Positions 48,135-52,529 of a DNA stretch of 52,529 bases are shown in pieces. This stretch comes from an uncultured Candidatus Saccharibacteria bacterium (lineage in GTDB: Bacteria; Patescibacteriota; Saccharimonadia; Saccharimonadales; EFPC-124), in contig CBDDBE010000001.1 in NCBI GenBank assembly GCA_965225085.1, forward strand, positions 323,641-376,169, written 5' to 3'. Below the pieces are notes generated by a model. The model saw nothing but the letters and a program-made list of their open reading frames with translations, searched no databases and was not told where the DNA came from. Made by a program: the position numbers and the translations under genes. Positions within the stretch are counted from its first letter, which is position 1; each line of letters opens with the position of its first letter.

Positions 48135-48431
48135 ATGAACGCGATTGCTGAGCTCTGGGGGAAGATCCCCCGGATCATTCGCAAGCTGATCTTCCTGGCT
48201 TTTGCCATAGGATCGTGCTGGCTCCCCTACCGCTTCGCCCTTGTAGGCGCAGACATGGAGTCGTGGCTGATCAATGGCCTCAACCAGGTGCCTGTCATGC
48301 ACAGCACGCCCGGGATGGCCCGTGCCAACACCTACCATTGGGCCACCGGTTGGTGGCGCGCTGGGCTGGCGCTTACGGTGCTCATCTGGATTGCCTGCAT
48401 CGTCTACCTCATGCAGAAGTCCGATGACTAG
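48135..48431 (+). CDS. Hypothetical two-TM protein (cassette 5)
   Basis: TGGACA-17-TATAGT promoter with extended TG, AAAGG SD, and 3' hairpin. Confidence 0.7.
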   Translation: MNAIAELWGKIPRIIRKLIFLAFAIGSCWLPYRFALVGADMESWLINGLNQVPVMHSTPGMARANTYHWATGWWRAGLALTVLIWIACIVYLMQKSDD

Positions 48432-48450
48432 GCCAGCAAGTGCGCCGGTG

Positions 48451-48492
48451 ACCCTCGATCTGCCCTGCTTTAGCACGGCGCGGATCGAGGGT
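48451..48492 (+). terminator. 13-bp hairpin ending cassette 5
   Basis: ACCCTCGATCTGC / GCGGATCGAGGGT, followed by TCTT. Confidence 0.7.
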
Positions 48493-48538
48493 TCTTCATA
48501 TTGCGAAAATCAGTCGTAAGGGGTAAGCTTTAAACAAA

Positions 48539-48958
48539 ATGAAACGCATTATAGTATTCCTTAGTCTTGTACTCCTCGGTGTTGTCTTCGCCCAGGTTTC
48601 ACTCACGGCTCCTGTGTTTGCGCAGACAGATCAGCAGCAGGTAAAATGCGGCGCAGACCAAGTCCCTGTCAGCGTGGCAATCAATGGGCAAAACTGTATC
48701 GACAAAGGCGCGACAGTTGACACGAATGTTATCTTTGTCTGGCTGAGTAATATTATCAAGTTCCTCACCGTCGGCGTCGGTGTCGCGGCGACTGGTGGCG
48801 TGGTTTACGGTGGTTTTCTATATATGACCGCCCAGGGGAACTCAGGCAAGACCCAAAAAGGGGTGGCGGTTATCCTGAACGCATTGATAGCGGTTGTACT
48901 GTATGCACTGACGTTTGCGATCATCAACTTCCTGATCCCCGGTGGGGTGTTAAAATAG
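48539..48958 (+). CDS. T4SS pilin-like (VirB2/TrbC-like) protein 1
   Basis: Signal peptide, Cys pair, GGFLYMTAQGN...KG...I.NALI motif. Confidence 0.8.
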   Translation: MKRIIVFLSLVLLGVVFAQVSLTAPVFAQTDQQQVKCGADQVPVSVAINGQNCIDKGATVDTNVIFVWLSNIIKFLTVGVGVAATGGVVYGGFLYMTAQGNSGKTQKGVAVILNALIAVVLYALTFAIINFLIPGGVLK

Positions 48959-48963
48959 TAAAT

Positions 48964-49389
48964 ATGAAACGATTTTTGCTAAGCATTTTTATCTCTATCA
49001 CCGGCCTGGTTGCGATTACCCCCGTTGCGGTTCACGCCGCCCCATTGGCAGCGACTCCCGCAATGCAATTTGCAGCTTGTGACCCCGGTAGCTTTTTTGG
49101 ATTCCCAACTTGGTATTCGTGCCTACCCAAGGACGCAACCATGCATCCGGTGCTCAACAGCCTCGACGATATTTGGCTGATCATATTTCCGTTGATCGAA
49201 TCAGCTATAAAGGCGGCGGCTTATGTGGCGGTTGGGTTTATTATCTGGGGTGGCATTCGATTTACCAAGAGCCAAGGCAACCCTGGCGAGATCACTGCCT
49301 CCCGAGACACCATTCGTGATGCGGTTATCGGTCTAGTGATTTGCCTGGCTTCAGTGGCAATAGTACAATTTGTGGCATCGAGGTTATAG
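48964..49389 (+). CDS. T4SS pilin-like protein 2
   Basis: FFGFPTWY and IIWGGIRF..SQG.P......TI.DAVIGL motifs. Confidence 0.8.
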   Translation: MKRFLLSIFISITGLVAITPVAVHAAPLAATPAMQFAACDPGSFFGFPTWYSCLPKDATMHPVLNSLDDIWLIIFPLIESAIKAAAYVAVGFIIWGGIRFTKSQGNPGEITASRDTIRDAVIGLVICLASVAIVQFVASRL

Positions 49390-49390
49390 C

Positions 49391-49675
49391 ATGTGGCAGG
49401 TATTAGCAGACATATCAATCGACGCAAATAGCCTGGGGCTTCCCAAAGTTGCCGCCGACAACACGACGTGGGGTAACTTGGCTAGCGCTGTATTTGTGTT
49501 TGCTGGCGCCTGGGCTACGCTGTTTATCGTTATTGGCGCGGTCCGTTATGCGGCCAGTGCTGGCGACCAAGGGCTTATCACGAAGGCTAAGGACACAATA
49601 TTGTATGCCATAATTGGTTTGGTCGTTTCGATGATGGCCTTTGCTGGTGTACAATTTATACTAGGACGACTCTAG
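49391..49675 (+). CDS. T4SS pilin-like protein 3
   Basis: IGAVRY..SAGD.....AKDTILYAIIGL motif. Confidence 0.8.
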   Translation: MWQVLADISIDANSLGLPKVAADNTTWGNLASAVFVFAGAWATLFIVIGAVRYAASAGDQGLITKAKDTILYAIIGLVVSMMAFAGVQFILGRL

Positions 49676-49676
49676 A

Positions 49677-50060
49677 ATGAAACGAAAAAATATATTCTTA
49701 GGACTAGGCCTGATGGCCCTTGCAATGAGCATTGCACTCACACCTCACCCCGCTCGCGCCGTGGTTGATGTTTTTGGCAATTGTGCTACCAGTGGATCTA
49801 GTTCGGCAATTTGTAAAGCGACCAGTGACAAGCTATTTGGCGCCGGTGGTGTATGGAACAATATTCTCAACACGTTAATTTTCATAACAGGTTCAATATC
49901 GGTTCTGATGGTGGTGATTGGCGGCCTCCGCTACACCCTATCTGGCGGTGACCAAGGCAGTGTCAATAGCGCCAAGAACACCATCCTATACGCAGTAGTA
50001 GGCTTGGTGCTGTCGCTGATGGGATATGCTATCGTAAACTTTGTTTTGAGTAGGATATAA
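49677..50060 (+). CDS. T4SS pilin-like protein 4
   Basis: GGLRYTLSGGDQG....AKNTILYAVVGL motif. Confidence 0.85.
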   Translation: MKRKNIFLGLGLMALAMSIALTPHPARAVVDVFGNCATSGSSSAICKATSDKLFGAGGVWNNILNTLIFITGSISVLMVVIGGLRYTLSGGDQGSVNSAKNTILYAVVGLVLSLMGYAIVNFVLSRI

Positions 50061-50069
50061 GGAGATCGA

Positions 50070-50465
50070 ATGAACAAGATTAAACTCATACTTTCGGGCG
50101 TAATTTTTATGTGTGCGGTAGTTGCCGCTGGGGTACTGCCCGGCCAGCAGGCACTCGCGGCAGCGGCTACAACCCCAGAGCAGTCTGCCTGCGAGGGCTC
50201 GGGCGGCACATGGAGTGGTGGCGCCTGTTCGAACGGGACGCGAACAGTAGCGGGTACTATCAAAAGCGTTGGTAACATCCTGGTGTTTATCATCGGCGCC
50301 GTTGCAGTACTAATGATAATCGTGGGCGGCCTCCGCTACACCCTATCTGGTGGTGATCAAGGCACTATCACGAGCGCCAAAAACACCATTCTATATGCTG
50401 TAGTTGGCCTGGTCGTTGCAGTGGCAGCCTATGCCATTGTGAACTTTGTGCTGGGAAACATCTAA
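50070..50465 (+). CDS. T4SS pilin-like protein 5
   Basis: GGLRYTLSGGDQG...SAKNTILYAVVGL motif; SD AAGGAG. Confidence 0.85.
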   Translation: MNKIKLILSGVIFMCAVVAAGVLPGQQALAAAATTPEQSACEGSGGTWSGGACSNGTRTVAGTIKSVGNILVFIIGAVAVLMIIVGGLRYTLSGGDQGTITSAKNTILYAVVGLVVAVAAYAIVNFVLGNI

Positions 50466-50535
50466 CCAAATAACCACTGGCGCGTTCATCCGGACGTGCT
50501 ACAATAATATCTAGACCATTATAAGGAGAAACCAT

Positions 50536-50979
50536 ATGAAGTCTCTCATGAGAAAAATTGCCGGTACTCTTGCCGTTGTGTCAGTTTTGGCATTAGGTGT
50601 CGGCACGTTTAGCCCTGTGCACGCACAATCGGGCTGTAATCTTAATGTCACCCAGGGCGGTATCGGAAACGGCGCAAATTGCGCTCAGCCTACCGGTGCG
50701 GCAACGCAGCTGTTCGGTGACGGCAGCATCTTTAATACTGTCACGAACATCTTGCTGTTCCTGATCGGGGCAATATCGGTTGTTATGCTGATAATCGGTG
50801 GTATTCGCTACGTTATCTCGGGCGGTGACCAGGGTGCGGTTACTTCTGCCAAGAACACGATTTTGTATGCGATTATCGGTATCGTCGTTGCTTTCCTGGC
50901 CTTCGCAGCAGTACGCTTCGTAACTGACCAGTTGGGCAAGAGTACCTACATTGGCAGCCACGTGGCCGTTATCGAGTAG
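50536..50979 (+). CDS. T4SS pilin-like protein 6 (own promoter, candidate major pilin)
   Basis: GGIRYVISGGDQG...AKNTILYAIIG motif; TGcTACAAT at 50497-50505; SD AAGGAG. Confidence 0.85.
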   Translation: MKSLMRKIAGTLAVVSVLALGVGTFSPVHAQSGCNLNVTQGGIGNGANCAQPTGAATQLFGDGSIFNTVTNILLFLIGAISVVMLIIGGIRYVISGGDQGAVTSAKNTILYAIIGIVVAFLAFAAVRFVTDQLGKSTYIGSHVAVIE

Positions 50980-51002
50980 ACATCCTTTAGACATTTACAG
51001 AG

Positions 51003-51031
51003 ACCAGTCCTCCGCAGTAGGGCTGGTTTTT
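51003..51031 (+). terminator. Intrinsic terminator of the pilin array
   Basis: ACCAGTCCT / AGGGCTGGT stem followed by a T-run. Confidence 0.8.
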
Positions 51032-51127
51032 GTATTGGGCAGTATCCCCTCGTCAAACACGTGAACACTCGTATAGGATGTGGGCCTGCAAACAAATTCC
51101 ATGAGCTCTCCGTGCATTTAAGGGATA

Positions 51128-51156
51128 CTAAAACACCGGCCATCATAGCCGGTGTT
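51128..51156 (-). terminator. Intrinsic terminator of the Hsp20 gene
   Basis: Perfect stem AACACCGGC / GCCGGTGTT ending in a T-run on the minus strand. Confidence 0.75.
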
Positions 51157-51181
51157 CGCTCTCCAGGTTGCGTTCGTAACG

Positions 51182-51652
51182 CTATTGGATTTGGATTTTT
51201 CGTGCTTGTTCTTGTTTGACCTTAGAGAAGCTAACTGTTAGCACGCCATCTTTCAATAGTGCTTCCACTTCTTCTTCCTTGACCGCTACAGGCAAGGCAA
51301 TGGTACGTGAGAATTCACCCCAGTAACATTCCTGGATGTGCCAGTGCTCTACGTCGTCGTCGCCGCTGCTGAGCGTACCGCTGATAGTCAAAATGCCATC
51401 AGAGATACTAACGTCGAGATCTTGCTTGTTCACCCCTGCTGTGCGGGCTTTAACTACGAGTCGTTCGTTAGTCTCGTATACATCTACAGCTAATTGGCCT
51501 GGGACGCCACCTTCGTCTTCTTCCCAGTTTGTGTCATCTTGTACTTGTTGACTGTTGTCACCCACCTGAGCATCGTCGTCGTCATTCAGGAATGCCGCCG
51601 CGAGTTCGTCTTCCATTAGAAGATCGTCGTTTTGCTTCTGTCCCCGTGCCAT
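51182..51652 (-). CDS. Hsp20/alpha-crystallin small heat-shock protein
   Basis: VDVYET, GV...D, ILTISG, ECYWGEFSR.I.LP and DGVL motifs; SD GGAGG. Confidence 0.93.
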   Translation of the reverse strand: MARGQKQNDDLLMEDELAAAFLNDDDDAQVGDNSQQVQDDTNWEEDEGGVPGQLAVDVYETNERLVVKARTAGVNKQDLDVSISDGILTISGTLSSGDDDVEHWHIQECYWGEFSRTIALPVAVKEEEVEALLKDGVLTVSFSKVKQEQARKIQIQ

Positions 51653-51759
51653 TGTCTCCTCCACTTCATGTTCCTAGTAGGCTCTTTGGGTTGGTCTATA
51701 GTGACGATTATAGCGGAAAGTGATAAAGTATTGCAATATTATCGTAGCAGGAAGTAAAA

Positions 51760-52437
51760 ATGACATCATTACTCGAGTCAGTCATAAGCGTAATCGCGCC
51801 GCACCAGTGCTTTTCGTGTGGTAAAGAAGGCAACGTTTTGTGTTCGGGCTGCCATGCAGATACGTTTAGTGAGCCATGTGAGGTCTGTTTCTTGTGCAAT
51901 GCACCGACTACTGATGGCAAGGTGTGCCGATCGTGCAGTACCCTCACCTCTGTTGGCAATGTTTGGATGGTGGGCGCCTACGATGGCATATGCCGAAGGC
52001 TGGTTCGTGCATATAAGTTTGAGCGGCTTCGTGCGGCTCACGTGCCACTAGCCCAAGCGATGCTTGAGGCTCTTCCCTACCTGGAGGATGTCGTAGTGGT
52101 GCCAGTGCCGACGGCGCCGTCACGTGTGCGGGTTCGTGGCTATGACCATGCGCAATTGCTCGCTCGTTATATTGTCCGCGAACGCGGATGGGGCTACGTA
52201 CCGGCCCTTAGGCGCCGCACAAACGATCGCCAAGTGGGTTCGACCCGAGCGGCCAGGTTTCGTCAGGCCGAGCAAGCCTACGAGCTTGCTAGCAAAAGCG
52301 TACACGGTCGGCACGTTTTGCTTGTAGATGATGTGACGACCTCTGGGGCAACGCTGCAAGCTGCTGGGCGTATACTGAGCGATGCTGGCACTGCAAGTAT
52401 TAATGCTGTTGTAGCTGCCAAGCATACCCTCCAATAG
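51760..52437 (+). CDS. comF: ComF-family phosphoribosyltransferase with zinc ribbons
   Basis: Four CxxC motifs, VPVP, RGY, and LLVDDVTTSGATL. Confidence 0.9.
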   Translation: MTSLLESVISVIAPHQCFSCGKEGNVLCSGCHADTFSEPCEVCFLCNAPTTDGKVCRSCSTLTSVGNVWMVGAYDGICRRLVRAYKFERLRAAHVPLAQAMLEALPYLEDVVVVPVPTAPSRVRVRGYDHAQLLARYIVRERGWGYVPALRRRTNDRQVGSTRAARFRQAEQAYELASKSVHGRHVLLVDDVTTSGATLQAAGRILSDAGTASINAVVAAKHTLQ

Positions 52438-52475
52438 TTGGGTTAAATGTGCTACAATACATCTGTTTTCTATCT

Positions 52476-52529
52476 GGAGAGGTGACCGAGTGGTTGAAGG
52501 TAACGGTCTTGAAAACCGTCGTGCTGGCA
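52476..52529 (+). tRNA. tRNA-Ser(TGA), truncated by the window end
   Basis: GGAGAGG acceptor 5' strand, D-arm TGACCGAGTGGTTGAAGGT, anticodon arm ACGGT-CTTGAAA-ACCGT. Promoter TGcTACAAT at 52450. Confidence 0.9.

Noticed and set aside
35786-52529. ICE or genomic island integrated at tRNA-Ser
   Set aside because: No integrase or att duplication seen; housekeeping-type hsp20 and comF lie between the pilins and the tRNA. The tRNA 3' end is outside the window, so this is not fully testable.
1-52529. CRISPR array, rRNA, transposase, prophage or alternative genetic code
   Set aside because: No regularly spaced repeats or hallmark genes seen; TGA terminates several genes with ATGA coupling.

Overview
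This is a chromosomal window around the replication origin of a bacterium whose gene content best fits Saccharibacteria (TM7, Patescibacteria/CPR). TGA is used as a stop, so the standard code applies. The taxon is inferred from gene content, not from a database search. From left to right: (1) a secreted putative cell-wall hydrolase with two Ig-like repeats; (2) a ~28 kb surface-glycan region with GT2, GtrA and polytopic GT-C-like proteins, an uncharacterised FAD-oxidoreductase/NAD-epimerase/TIM-barrel sugar pathway, GT4s, an FkbM methyltransferase and wzm/wzt; (3) jag-yidC-rnpA-rpmH, then dnaA-dnaN-recF with a bipartite oriC carrying a clear DnaA-box + DnaA-trio unwinding module; (4) a T4SS-like locus with PEGA protein, bifunctional hydrolase, VirB4, PrgI, VirB6-like protein and six tandem VirB2-like pilins; (5) Hsp20, ComF and a partial tRNA-Ser. 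The most unusual signal is five dispersed single-gene cassettes. Each has its own promoter-like element, Shine-Dalgarno and long GC-rich 3' hairpin. Four contain no AAA trinucleotide in about 2 kb of CDS (all 21 Lys codons are AAG), unlike their neighbours, and two unrelated ones share the base of their hairpin. They look tuned to a high-GC, actinobacterial-type expression machinery, which is an inference.
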